The translations under genes were made by a program, and so were the position numbers. Positions 29,073 to 39,022 of a stretch of 64,000 nucleotides of DNA are shown here, piece after piece. Source of the DNA: Candidatus Poribacteria bacterium (GTDB lineage: Bacteria > Poribacteria > WGA-4E > WGA-3G); NCBI GenBank assembly GCA_965205025.1, contig CBDBFU010000014.1, forward strand, positions 1-64,000, read 5' to 3'. Below the pieces are notes generated by a model. That model did not search any database, was not told where the DNA came from, and saw only the letters and a program-made list of their open reading frames with translations. The first letter of the stretch is position 1; each line of letters opens with the position of its first letter.

Positions 29073-29549
29073 ATGGCTATTTATATAAGAAAAGTATTAT
29101 TCGTAGTCACAATCCTTATATTATCCTCTGTATTTATCGGTAAATCCTACGCGCCTGAATCACAGAAGTTTAAGGTATATGTGGATGTGCGTGTTGAGGA
29201 AGATGATCAAACAGAAAGAGATATTATTGAAAGCCACTTCAAACGGGAATTGCGCGCTTTAGGTGATGTCTTGATTGTTGGGGAACATGCCGATTGGGAA
29301 TGGCGAATTTTTGTAACTATGATTGGTATTAAAAATAAAGATGGTACAAAATCAGACGATGTTACGATTGCTATATCAATAGATAGACGAGTTCCCAAAT
29401 TCTATTTTAAGAATTACAATTTTGTTGGTCCAAGTATACCTGTTTACCATTCTTTTCCCGGGACATATTATTGGTTCAAAAAAGACTTACAAGCTTGGTG
29501 TATAGTATCGGCTAATTCTTTTAATAAAATACTTCAAAAATCGCGATAA
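29073..29549 (+). CDS. Hypothetical exported protein
   Basis: AGGAGG RBS, signal peptide, 158 aa. Confidence 0.75.
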   Translation: MAIYIRKVLFVVTILILSSVFIGKSYAPESQKFKVYVDVRVEEDDQTERDIIESHFKRELRALGDVLIVGEHADWEWRIFVTMIGIKNKDGTKSDDVTIAISIDRRVPKFYFKNYNFVGPSIPVYHSFPGTYYWFKKDLQAWCIVSANSFNKILQKSR

Positions 29550-29736
29550 CGAGAAACTATAGATAAAAATTATTGGGTTGATTTCTTACCAACTTACCAT
29601 TTTTCTTTCTGTATTAGCATATCAATTTTTATTTTAGTGGATAGTCTACGCTTATTTACAGGTATTTCTTCTGTAGGACGGCCTTCCGGTGGCAACATGA
29701 TATATTGATACAATCATTTTTAGACTGGACTGTCCA

Positions 29737-30759
29737 TTAGTTTTTTTTCAATTCTTCGCTCGTTATAATAGATATACTCCTTATGTCGCTGTATGGTATT
29801 GCATTGACGATATGTGGAGTAGAAGTTTCGTTCGCGATGAATCTATCACAGAAGTTTAGGTAGTGTAGGTATTTAAAATCAATAAAATAACTATTATCCA
29901 AGTGTTGTGCATCTTGTTGTCTAGCACAGAGCATATAACGGATTAGGAAATATATGTAGATAGGATATGATAGACTCGGATAATTTTCTATTGTGAGATT
30001 TCTATTTTGTCTTAGTTTCCTGCTTAGACCTTTAATATCCACAGCAGTGAGAAAAAAATGACTTTTAAAATACTCTAAAATCTCATCTTTAGACTCATCT
30101 TTTATTTCTCTTAATGCATGTCCAGCAGCATTACTGAGTTCTTGCGTTATATTAGTTGCAGGGGTACTCCTCAGTCTACGTTTTAGTTCCGACATAGATA
30201 ACTTATTGTCATATATTTGTTCAGACCGTTTTTTGACATTTGATCTGTATCGATTCGGACTAAGAGAACCTTTATTGTAATCTATTGTATCAGTTGAAAC
30301 ACGTCTTTCGTATTTAAGATCACGTAATTTTACCTCACATCTTGATACAAGTTCTTGATGTGTAATACTTTTCATTATAACAGGATCATCTATAATACAA
30401 TTTCGGGCAATTTGCCAAGAATCAAGTATATCAATATATTCAGTTTCTTTGATGTATGATGGTATCTGGATTCTATATCCGATGTTGGTTCTACCCATGA
30501 AAACTATAGGATTTTTTATTAATTCCAATTTTTCACGTAGGAATTTCTTTTCTTTTTCAAAAAACACTTTATCTTTCTTATCACTGTTGTTTGGTGAAAT
30601 ACATTCAATTACAAAATGAATTGGGCAAAGAATGTTATATCTTTTGGTTATTTTGATAAGTGCATCTTTGGATAGTTGTTGAAAGGCATTTCTGTCAAAT
30701 AGAATGATTTCTTTGTCAGGTGGAACATTATTGTCCACTTCATAGTCTACTTTTATCAT
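29737..30759 (-). CDS. Hypothetical protein, possibly PIN-like nuclease fold
   Basis: 340 aa; ILFDRNAF near the N-terminus and DNSYFIDFKYLHYLNFCDRFIANE near the C-terminus. Confidence 0.6.
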   Translation of the reverse strand: MIKVDYEVDNNVPPDKEIILFDRNAFQQLSKDALIKITKRYNILCPIHFVIECISPNNSDKKDKVFFEKEKKFLREKLELIKNPIVFMGRTNIGYRIQIPSYIKETEYIDILDSWQIARNCIIDDPVIMKSITHQELVSRCEVKLRDLKYERRVSTDTIDYNKGSLSPNRYRSNVKKRSEQIYDNKLSMSELKRRLRSTPATNITQELSNAAGHALREIKDESKDEILEYFKSHFFLTAVDIKGLSRKLRQNRNLTIENYPSLSYPIYIYFLIRYMLCARQQDAQHLDNSYFIDFKYLHYLNFCDRFIANETSTPHIVNAIPYSDIRSISIITSEELKKN

Positions 30760-30825
30760 AATCTTATCTTCATTTGATCGTTTATGCTGCGGTCAGCACC
30801 ATACAACTCATGATGGATGTTGAAA

Positions 30826-31113
30826 TTATAACCGCTCATTAAGCATTATTTCACGTGCTTCGTTCATAAGATTATCAAGTATATCCACCTCATTATCTTT
30901 GAGATGTATCACAACTTTGCCGCTGCCATCAACACTCTCTTTTGCCGTAATGTCACATATAATAACGTCATTATGTTTTAATAAAATGCGATCATCTTCA
31001 AATTTTAAGGTTATTGGAAGCAAATTTTTATCCTGGAGTGAAATATCAACTTGGTAACCTGAAGTTTTAAAATGTTGTAATAAGTCTAATAAATTCTTTT
31101 GTTTTTGACTCAT
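30826..31113 (-). CDS. Hypothetical protein
   Basis: 95-aa ORF with GAGGA RBS. Confidence 0.6.
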   Translation of the reverse strand: MSQKQKNLLDLLQHFKTSGYQVDISLQDKNLLPITLKFEDDRILLKHNDVIICDITAKESVDGSGKVVIHLKDNEVDILDNLMNEAREIMLNERL

Positions 31114-31308
31114 TTTGTTTCCTCTACTTACGGATATTAAAGAAGAAAGGAATGCAATGACAGTATCTCCTATACACTATACTCCTTTTGTTGTATTTAA
31201 GTATATAATGTTGTTAAGCCAATATCAAGCTAACATTACGCCATAACAGGACTATTTAGTTTTACGAATTTAGATTAAGAAAAATATAACGAGGGTATAT
31301 ATTATAAT

Positions 31309-31526
31309 CCTATATTCCGCACTTCTATTTCCGATTTACGATATTTATTTATTAAACCCGCGTGGTCCCAACATCGAACTAGCATTTTAGGCAAATTAGA
31401 GAAAAAGACAAATGGCAAATGGAATCTTAATGTAAAACCCTAAACCGTTATTATCCTGTGCGAATCCTTCCCTGACGCGGGTTTACCCTAAATTATTAAA
31501 ACTTGTAAACAAGTGCGGAATATAGG
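31309..31526. mobile_element. 218-bp MITE-like element
   Basis: Perfect 16-bp TIRs CCTATATTCCGCACTT / AAGTGCGGAATATAGG, flanked on both sides by TATAAT (putative target duplication); nested IR TAAACCCGCGT / ACGCGGGTTTA. Confidence 0.75.
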
Positions 31527-31752
31527 TATAATTGTTTATGTTGTTAGATTAAGTACGAATATATATACCTTGCGATGGTTCCAGTGTGGGAAATCAATGG
31601 TAATCTTCGACGAAAATTCGAATCAAAGGTATGAATGCTATTCAGCATTCCACTTGCTTGCAAACCACACCTGCCGGTTTGGGTAATTAGCAGATGTTAA
31701 ATATCACAGGGGAAAACCGACAACTAAACAACCCAGCACCTTATTCCATTTA

Positions 31753-31781
31753 TTGACACCTTACCTGTTCTAAAGTATACT
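31753..31781 (+). promoter_or_regulatory. Sigma-70-type promoter
   Basis: TTGACA-17 nt-TATACT upstream of 31868. Confidence 0.6.
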
Positions 31782-31867
31782 TACCCTTAACATAATCGTC
31801 AGTTATGTTTGAGGAAAACCAGACAATAATATAAAATACGAATAGTAACAATACTGGGAGAAATCTT

Positions 31868-32251
31868 GTGAAAAATGTACTTACTCTTTCATTGATAATA
31901 TGCGTAATCCTTTTTTCTTGTTTTACAGAAAAACCTACAAAGAGCGAAAAATTAACCAGCGAACATTTATCCCAAGCCGATTACGAGGACTTATTAGATA
32001 AGATTACGTCAGGTCATATAGATGAAAAGCAGGCGCAGCAGGTAGTATCTAAATTACATTCAGGCAAAAGTTATATCAATGCCTTGGATGAATTGTCTCC
32101 TAAATCAAACGACAGTCAAGTCTCAAATAATGAGCTTAATGAAGTTATTGAGCGACTTGATAAAATTGAACGCAATATTGAAGTCATTACCTTATATTTG
32201 AGTATAAAAATTGATGACAAAGGTAGAATAATTAAACTGCCAACTGATTGA
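31868..32251 (+). CDS. Hypothetical lipoprotein
   Basis: GGGAG RBS, GTG start, lipobox LFSC. Confidence 0.7.
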   Translation: MKNVLTLSLIICVILFSCFTEKPTKSEKLTSEHLSQADYEDLLDKITSGHIDEKQAQQVVSKLHSGKSYINALDELSPKSNDSQVSNNELNEVIERLDKIERNIEVITLYLSIKIDDKGRIIKLPTD

Positions 32252-33077
32252 AACTAATGGGATGATTCCTAAAATAGTTGGATTGATTAAGGAGTCAGAA
32301 ATCTGTCTTATAAGGTAGATCGTGATGCTATCATTATGAGATAATATTTGTGTCTAATAAAATCAAATCGAAATGGTTTTTTATGAATGAACTTGCTTGA
32401 TTTCCTTAGTTCCACTTTCTATGAGTTCAACTTTCTGTAGTGTGCTATTTTTGTGGGATTCCATCTATCTACATATTGACCATAGATCAAGTTATATTGC
32501 TGAACCAAACCACAAAGTTTTCAGAATATGATCTTGAATTGCGAAGGTATCCTGCCGAGTGACCAGATTCCAGACTATACAGAGAATTTAATGAGAACAC
32601 TCCCACAGTATCCGCGAAGTATAAAGTTGAACTAACAAGGGGTGCAGAACTGATTGAAGAATTCTTTATGGTTCTGGATGTGCCTGTAGTCAGTTTACAG
32701 ATTGGGAAATGTACCAAGCGGTTGATTGACACATGAAAAGTGAATTAATTCCGTACTTAAGTAAACTTTAGAAAGAAGGGCTTGTTAGTATTATTGGTAT
32801 GGTTGAAAATGAATTTGGAGGGAATGTTGCTGTTAGGATTATTTGATTGAATTGGTGCTGGAGGGTAATTCGGGAATAGAGTAAAAGTAGGAACGTATTA
32901 TGGAGGTGAATAATTATTGATACTTTAATTAAAAGTGTAAGAAGGTCATACCGTAGTTCGCTTTCAAAACACAACTTAGAGGGTCGTAAGCATCGGGCAA
33001 TTAGGGAAGCGAAAATAATAAACGATCAGACAATAGAAATAAAAACATTCCAACTCCATAGATTTAGACGAACAAAG

Positions 33078-33509
33078 GTGTTTTTAGCTAGAGAGAAATT
33101 TGGTTTTGTATTCCTATTCTTTTTAACTGATATATTGTTACCAATCTTATTGTATGATAATTCGTGGTTAGTTTGGCTTTTGTTATTTTATTTGAATATT
33201 ATACTTTTCTGTTTAATATTTCACTTAAGACATTTCCGACAAACGGGTTTAATGACAGTAGGTGATGAATATATGTTAATTGTTGGATGGACTTTTGTCT
33301 ATGGGGGTGGTTTTACTTTAATATTATACTACCCAGTACCTTTAATTCGTGCTGAAATGGTGTTATTTACCCTTTGTTTGACAATAATAGGTGTTTTGTT
33401 AATTTGGTTTCAATGGATAGAACTAAATATCGCCAAAGGAAAAAGAAAAAATACAATGCCGCTTCCCCGTTTATATGAATTTTTATTTAATAAAAATAGC
33501 AAACCGTAA
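33078..33509 (+). CDS. Hypothetical membrane protein
   Basis: 143 aa with about four hydrophobic segments. Confidence 0.5.
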   Translation: MFLAREKFGFVFLFFLTDILLPILLYDNSWLVWLLLFYLNIILFCLIFHLRHFRQTGLMTVGDEYMLIVGWTFVYGGGFTLILYYPVPLIRAEMVLFTLCLTIIGVLLIWFQWIELNIAKGKRKNTMPLPRLYEFLFNKNSKP

Positions 33510-33537
33510 CCAATGTCATGTATTTTGTGCAAAGGTT

Positions 33538-34050
33538 TGTACTGCCATCGGATATTTAGAACACAGTCTAAGATAAGTTTGTGATACAATTACAGTCTAA
33601 TTGAAAGGATTATCCGATGGCAAAACGTAGAAGATTTACACCAGAATTTAAAGTTGAAGTTGTTATTGAAGCACTTAATGCATAGAGTTTACAAGCAGAA
33701 CTTTGTCGACGACGTAACATTAGTCAAGTACAACTTTCAAAGTGGAAACGTCAACTCCTCGAAAATGCGACGACCCTTTTTGAAACTATTGACAATCAAT
33801 CTAACGATGCTATTGAGCGAATTGCGCACCTTGAACAAATTGTTGACAGGTTAACCCTGGAATTAGACATCCAAAAAAAGCATTGAATTTGTTGGATTAA
33901 AACCAACTATACAGGGAGAAACGATTACGGCATTACGCAAAGATTACAGCGTCCTCACTCAGCATTATGCTATTTGACCCCAATTGAATTTGAACAACAA
34001 TTCTTATCTTAACTTTTCTAATTTTTGGTCTAAAAACCGTTGGTACTTCA
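33538..34050 (+). mobile_element. Internally deleted IS3-family insertion sequence
   Basis: TG...CA imperfect terminal IRs; OrfA MAKRRRFTPEFKVEVV...LSKWKRQ from 33617 with an in-frame TAG at 33683; A7G slippery site at 33873; OrfB tail RPHSALCYLTPIEFE at 33950-34012. Confidence 0.88.
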
Positions 34051-34079
34051 ATACTAAATGCAAATACAAGGAAGACTTT

Positions 34080-34727
34080 ATGACATCAGAATATGAAATG
34101 CGATTTCCATTTACTACTCAGAAAGAGATTCTTGATTGGGAGGCATACTACATTAATGATCTTTCGGAAAAAAGTCAAAGCAGAGAACAAGCCGTCATAG
34201 ATCTCAAAAAAGAGGTAATAGGGCGCGTGAAACCTGATACACTAAAAGGTTATCTGTGTAAAACTGAATTGCTGCAGATGGCACAATGGAAATCTCATTA
34301 TACTCCAAGCAAGATAGATAAAAACCCAGCAGGACTTATAGAAGATGTAACCGGTGAAGCATTTAGTATTGATGACGATTGGGAGAAACTTCAAAAGTTA
34401 AGTAATGAACTAACAGGTGTAAGAGAGTCTGTTGCATCCGTGATCCTACATCTCTATGACCCGATGAAATATCCTATTCTTGATAAACACGCGCTTAATT
34501 CCATTGGAATCGACAACTCACAAGTTAACTACGATGAAACTTTATGGGGTGAATATATCAATCTGTGTCGTGTGGAAGCCGAACGTTATGACGTTTCGAT
34601 GCGAACACTTGATAGAGCATTATATAAATATTCACAGAGTGGAACAGTATCAGCACTTAAAATTATTTCTGATGAATCACTCATTCTTGAGCTTAAACGC
34701 CGAGGTAATAAGCTCAAGTCTCGGTAA
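34080..34727 (+). CDS. Hypothetical protein with HhH/DNA-glycosylase-like fold
   Basis: GYLCKTELLQMAQWKS, LTGVRESVASVILH, YPILD, MRTLDRALY. Start set at ATG 34080 because the longer ORF begins inside the IS remnant. Confidence 0.65.
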   Translation: MTSEYEMRFPFTTQKEILDWEAYYINDLSEKSQSREQAVIDLKKEVIGRVKPDTLKGYLCKTELLQMAQWKSHYTPSKIDKNPAGLIEDVTGEAFSIDDDWEKLQKLSNELTGVRESVASVILHLYDPMKYPILDKHALNSIGIDNSQVNYDETLWGEYINLCRVEAERYDVSMRTLDRALYKYSQSGTVSALKIISDESLILELKRRGNKLKSR

Positions 34728-34772
34728 TGAAAATAGACGACTGTTAAGATCGTCAAGATCTGTAAACACGCG

Positions 34773-35672
34773 ATGAAAGGGAAAGAAATGCATTATAGAA
34801 CACTAACAGAATCAGATATAGACCATTTCATAAAGAAGGGTCATATTGTACTTAAAGAGTGCTTTTCAAGAGAATTGGCTGCAGAATGGCGTGAGTTTGC
34901 ATTCAAACGGCTTGGATACGATCCTGATGATCCGACAACTTGGGAAGAACCGCGTATCCATCTTCCATCAATGAATCGTATCCCAATCCGCGAAATTGCA
35001 CCAAGAGCATGGGATGCCATTTGCGATCTACTCGGTGGGGAAGATAGAATAGCGAATACAAAACCCACTTGGGGAGATGGTTTTATTATTAACTTCGCTT
35101 TAGGTGCTGATTCAGAATGGCAACCCCCTGAATCACTACTTTCTGGTTGGCATAAAGATGGAGATTTCTTCCGTCACTTTTTAGATAGTCCAGAACAGGG
35201 ATTACTCACAATTATCGTTTGGTCTGATATTGAACCGATGAGTGGCGGTACGTTTGTTGCTTGTGATTCCGTTCAGCATGTTGCCCAACATTTGCATTCG
35301 CATCCTGAAGGATTGTTACCTGGAGAAGGATTTGGTCAGTTGATAGGGAAGTGTAAGGATTTTGTAGAGATTACAGGTCAAGCGGGAGATGTTGTGCTTT
35401 TACATCCGTTTATATTACATTCTGCATCTCAAAATCCATCCGGACGTGCTCGTTTTATCACAAATCCACCTGTTTCGCTAAAAGAACCGATGAATTTCAA
35501 TCGTGCTAATCCTGATGATTTTTCACCAGTAGAATTGGGAGTTTTACATGGGTTAGGAAAAGAAAGATTGGATTTTAAACTTACTGCCCCAAGAGAACGT
35601 TTAGTACCGGAACGTGTAAAACGTCAACAAAAGATGATGGAAGAACAGAAGAAAAGACTTGGAATGAATTAA
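34773..35672 (+). CDS. Phytanoyl-CoA dioxygenase family (Fe/2OG) protein
   Basis: WHKDG (HxD), GGTFV, GQAGDVVLLHPFILHSAS. Start may be ATG 34788. Confidence 0.85.
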   Translation: MKGKEMHYRTLTESDIDHFIKKGHIVLKECFSRELAAEWREFAFKRLGYDPDDPTTWEEPRIHLPSMNRIPIREIAPRAWDAICDLLGGEDRIANTKPTWGDGFIINFALGADSEWQPPESLLSGWHKDGDFFRHFLDSPEQGLLTIIVWSDIEPMSGGTFVACDSVQHVAQHLHSHPEGLLPGEGFGQLIGKCKDFVEITGQAGDVVLLHPFILHSASQNPSGRARFITNPPVSLKEPMNFNRANPDDFSPVELGVLHGLGKERLDFKLTAPRERLVPERVKRQQKMMEEQKKRLGMN

Positions 35673-35682
35673 CTTTCAGAGG

Positions 35683-36759
35683 TTAGGGATTATTTTCAGT
35701 GTCTAATTGTCTTTTCTGCCATCCGTAATCAACATTACCCTCATAAAATTTATCTGGATGTTCAACTGCCCATATCTGCTTATGGATAATCCAGTTTTTT
35801 GGATCAAGTGCTAAAGCCTTCCGCCATTCAATAATTGCCTCAGACTTTTTCCCTATATCTAACAGAAGAATACCCAACTTAAACCGTGCATGTGCCTCAA
35901 CGATGTTCGGATTTTGAGATTTATCAACTGGCGTAATGTCTTGGAGGAGCGTTGTGTTATAGGTAGGATCATACAACCATTTTTCAAGCATCTCAACGGT
36001 TTGTTTATTGTCTACATTTATGTTGAAAGGTGGTTTAACTAAGCGTCCTACCTCATCAATCATAATGCCGTAGGGAATGGCTTTAAGATTGTAGATGTTT
36101 CCCATGACATTTTCTGCATCAACGAGGGTGACAAATTCTGCGGATGCCTTATCATGCCACGGTTTTACGACGGATGCTCCTTGTGCATCAATTGCAATAG
36201 AAACAAGGTTAAGTTTTTCGCTGTGTTTATCAAAGAATTTCTGCCATCCAGACAGTTGTCCTCGACATCCTCACCATGAACCCCATATATACAGAAGAGT
36301 TTTCTTTCCTTGGAAATCTTGTAGGCGTACAGGTATATCGTTGAGATCTGGTAATGTGATACTCGGTGCCAGTTGTCCGGGACGTATTATCTCTAACTTG
36401 TCTTTTGAATATCTATAAATCTCATATCCGAAAGGTTGCGTAATATTCTCAAGTTTCGTGTAATTAGTGCCATCAATATGAAACACATCAGTGTCCAATT
36501 GTAGCGGGACACACAACTCAGAATCACCTGTTCCACATACTGCCAGCATATTCTGCTCTTCCTGTGCTTTGACAGTCAATCCAAGTTTTTTACAGATGGG
36601 ATCTAATGGAACTAACCATTCACTCTCCTGCAAGATAGCAGGGGAAGGGAAGTCAATTATCTGATTATCAATTGAAACCGCAAACTTTCTTATAGGTTCA
36701 GCATTAGCTGCTATACCGATAGACATAATTAGTATAATCGGGAGAATCAACTTTATCAT
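35683..36759 (-). CDS. Exported redoxin (TlpA/ResA/AhpC-like) selenoprotein with UGC motif and C-terminal TPR; TGA at 36273-36271 read as Sec
   Basis: ORFs 36271..36759 and 35683..36105 share a frame separated by one TGA. Read-through gives ...LLYIWGSW-U-GCRGQLSGWQKFF...VSIAIDAQG...VDAENVMGNIYNLKAIPYGIMIDE (358 aa). Confidence 0.88.
36228..36267 (-). promoter_or_regulatory. Bacterial SECIS-like hairpin
   Basis: 3' of the UGA: lower stem UGUCGAGGA/UCUUUGAUA, internal loop, upper stem CUGUC/GGCAG, loop UGGAU starting 20 nt after the UGA (folded by eye). Confidence 0.7.
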
Positions 36760-37124
36760 AGAGGTTTTCTCTTGCGATGTTTCGCATCGTAGACTAAGAA
36801 TTGGATTATCTTTTCAGCTGTTTTCGGATTGAGACCTGAACCGGGTTTTCGCCGCATCTTATGAACATACTCTCGCCATTCTTCTGGAGGGAAAGACGAA
36901 TTTATGGGTCGTGCGACGGTATGACAACGACTGCATTTCTTGGTAAATAGTTGGTAGAGGGTTTGCATCTCCTCTGGGTAGGTAGAAACATCAATAAAAT
37001 TAGGACCATCATCTGCTGGAAAAGATTTTGGGGTTATTTGAGGAGCACGTATTGCAAAATACATTCCTATTCCGACCAACAGGATAACCCCTACCACTGT
37101 AGTCCAAACAATTGCTTGCTGCAT
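36756..37124 (-). CDS. Small membrane-anchored c-type cytochrome
   Basis: N-terminal TM helix, CSRCH heme motif, distal Met (HKMRRKPG); ATGA overlap with the selenoprotein gene. Confidence 0.85.
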   Translation of the reverse strand: MQQAIVWTTVVGVILLVGIGMYFAIRAPQITPKSFPADDGPNFIDVSTYPEEMQTLYQLFTKKCSRCHTVARPINSSFPPEEWREYVHKMRRKPGSGLNPKTAEKIIQFLVYDAKHRKRKPL

Positions 37125-37156
37125 CTTTGGTAAATCCTGAGTGGATGATACCGGTA

Positions 37157-39001
37157 TTAGATTATCTCTTTCACCGTCTGTATAATCGGATTCGCACTAA
37201 TACCGTAAAGTTCCAACAATTCTTCAGGTTTACCAGATTTTGGTATACCGTTGACAGCGAGTTTGTGGACGGAGATCCCTTTCGTTGCTACAGCATCTAA
37301 AACAGCATCCCCTAAACCACCTTCAGGATAATGATCTTCTATAGTTATAAGCGTATTGTTTGTATTTTCTGCAGCACTTATAAGTGTTTCTGAATCCAAA
37401 GGTTTAATACTATAAAGGTCTATGAGTCTAACATAAATGCCTTCCGATTTAAGTGTCTCGTATGCCTTTAAAGCTTCGTGTAGTGTTACGCCAGCAGTTA
37501 CAATCGTAACTTTGTCATCAGAATTTTCACGTACGACTTTACAACCTCCTATGGGAAATTCCGCGGTTGCATCATAAAGGATTTCTGTTTTGGGTCGTGA
37601 AGTACGTATATATACAATTCCTTCGTGATCTGCAGCTGCAGCAACCAGCCGTTCTGCGGAAACAGCATCACTTGGATATAGCACAACTGCCCCAGGAATT
37701 GCTCTGAACATGGCAATATCTTCCAAACCCATCTGTGATGGACCATCTTCACCGATCGAAACACCACAATGCGAACCGGCATATTTTATATTTGCCTGTG
37801 AAATAGCGGACATGCGTATTTGGTCATAAGCACGTGATAGAAATGCGGCAAATGTAGAGACAAAAGGTATTTTCCCGCGTTTTGCTAATCCTATACCTGC
37901 TCCAACTAAGTTCTGTTCTGCGATGAACATTTCAAAATATCTGTCTGGATGAAGATCCATAAACTGTTCAGCATAGGTAGAATTCTTGGTATCCCCGTCC
38001 AATGCGACAACGTTAGGGTTAGCCGTTCCAAGTTTCGCAAGACCTGTTCCATAACCGCCCCGTGTTGCTACTTCATCATCCGAACTATAGTCTGGGGGTT
38101 CAACTTCTACAGGTTTAATATTACCATTTTGGATATTCGTCTGATTTGGTGGTTTGATCTGAGTAGGAATATCTGTATGTAGTGGACCAAGTTCAGCTAA
38201 AGCGTTATCAAGTTGTTCACCTTTTTCAAGTGCCTTCCCATGCCAGTTGTCTTCATCGGCAAGAAAGGAGACACCTTTCCCCTTATGCGTCTTTGCAACA
38301 ATCATTGTTGGTTTATCCGTTGATGCGTCGGCTTTATCCAATGCGGTTAATATCTCATCATAATCATGTCCATCAATTCCAATACTTTGCCAACCGAAAG
38401 ATTCAAACCTTTTGCAATATGTATCTATATCAAAGGCGTACATAGTCCGTTGGCTTTGTCCGAGTGCGTTCACATCAACAATTCCAATAAGGTTATTTAA
38501 TTTATAATGAGAAGCGAGTGCAGCGGCTTCCCATACACCACCTTCTGCAGTTTCACCATCACCCAGAAGAACAAATACTCGATAATCCAATTTATCAAGA
38601 TATTTCCCGTTGAGTGCCATTCCCAAGCCAAGGGAGAGTCCTTGTCCTAAAGATCCTGTGGCAACTTCTGTCCATTCAAAGCGGGGTGTAGGATGTCCTT
38701 CAAGTATGCTGTCTATCTGTCTGAGTGTAAGAAGGTCTTCAGTTGGGATGATCCCGGCTTCTGCATAGGCAGCATATAAAAGTGGGGCGGCATGTCCTTT
38801 GGATAAAATGAACCTATCATTGTTTGGGTTTTGAGCATTATTTGTATCATACCGCATTGCATGGAAAAAAATGGCAGCAACAATATCTGCTGCAGATAGG
38901 CATGTTGTTGGATGTCCAGATCCTGCTTCCGATGTAGAGAGGATGGAGTGGATTCGGAGGTTCGTTGCTCTGTGTTTAAGATGTTTTTTCAAAGTATCCA
39001 C
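37157..39001 (-). CDS. tkt: Transketolase
   Basis: SGHPT, DRFILSKGHA, ATGSLGQG, GDGETAEG, FIAEQN, SHCGVSIGEDGPSQ. Confidence 0.95.
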   Translation of the reverse strand: MDTLKKHLKHRATNLRIHSILSTSEAGSGHPTTCLSAADIVAAIFFHAMRYDTNNAQNPNNDRFILSKGHAAPLLYAAYAEAGIIPTEDLLTLRQIDSILEGHPTPRFEWTEVATGSLGQGLSLGLGMALNGKYLDKLDYRVFVLLGDGETAEGGVWEAAALASHYKLNNLIGIVDVNALGQSQRTMYAFDIDTYCKRFESFGWQSIGIDGHDYDEILTALDKADASTDKPTMIVAKTHKGKGVSFLADEDNWHGKALEKGEQLDNALAELGPLHTDIPTQIKPPNQTNIQNGNIKPVEVEPPDYSSDDEVATRGGYGTGLAKLGTANPNVVALDGDTKNSTYAEQFMDLHPDRYFEMFIAEQNLVGAGIGLAKRGKIPFVSTFAAFLSRAYDQIRMSAISQANIKYAGSHCGVSIGEDGPSQMGLEDIAMFRAIPGAVVLYPSDAVSAERLVAAAADHEGIVYIRTSRPKTEILYDATAEFPIGGCKVVRENSDDKVTIVTAGVTLHEALKAYETLKSEGIYVRLIDLYSIKPLDSETLISAAENTNNTLITIEDHYPEGGLGDAVLDAVATKGISVHKLAVNGIPKSGKPEELLELYGISANPIIQTVKEII

Positions 39002-39022
39002 TAATTTTCTAATCCTTTCAAT

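Noticed and set aside
32470-32736. Plus-strand frame with an internal TGA at 32560 as a second selenoprotein
   Set aside because: No redox motif, no clear start, no convincing SECIS; probably a decayed gene fragment.
33683-33685. In-frame TAG in IS3 OrfA as pyrrolysine or read-through
   Set aside because: The element is deleted and decayed; a nonsense mutation is the simpler explanation.
33654-34079. ORF 33654..33854 and the first 32 codons of ORF 33984..34727
   Set aside because: They are alternative frames within the IS3 remnant.
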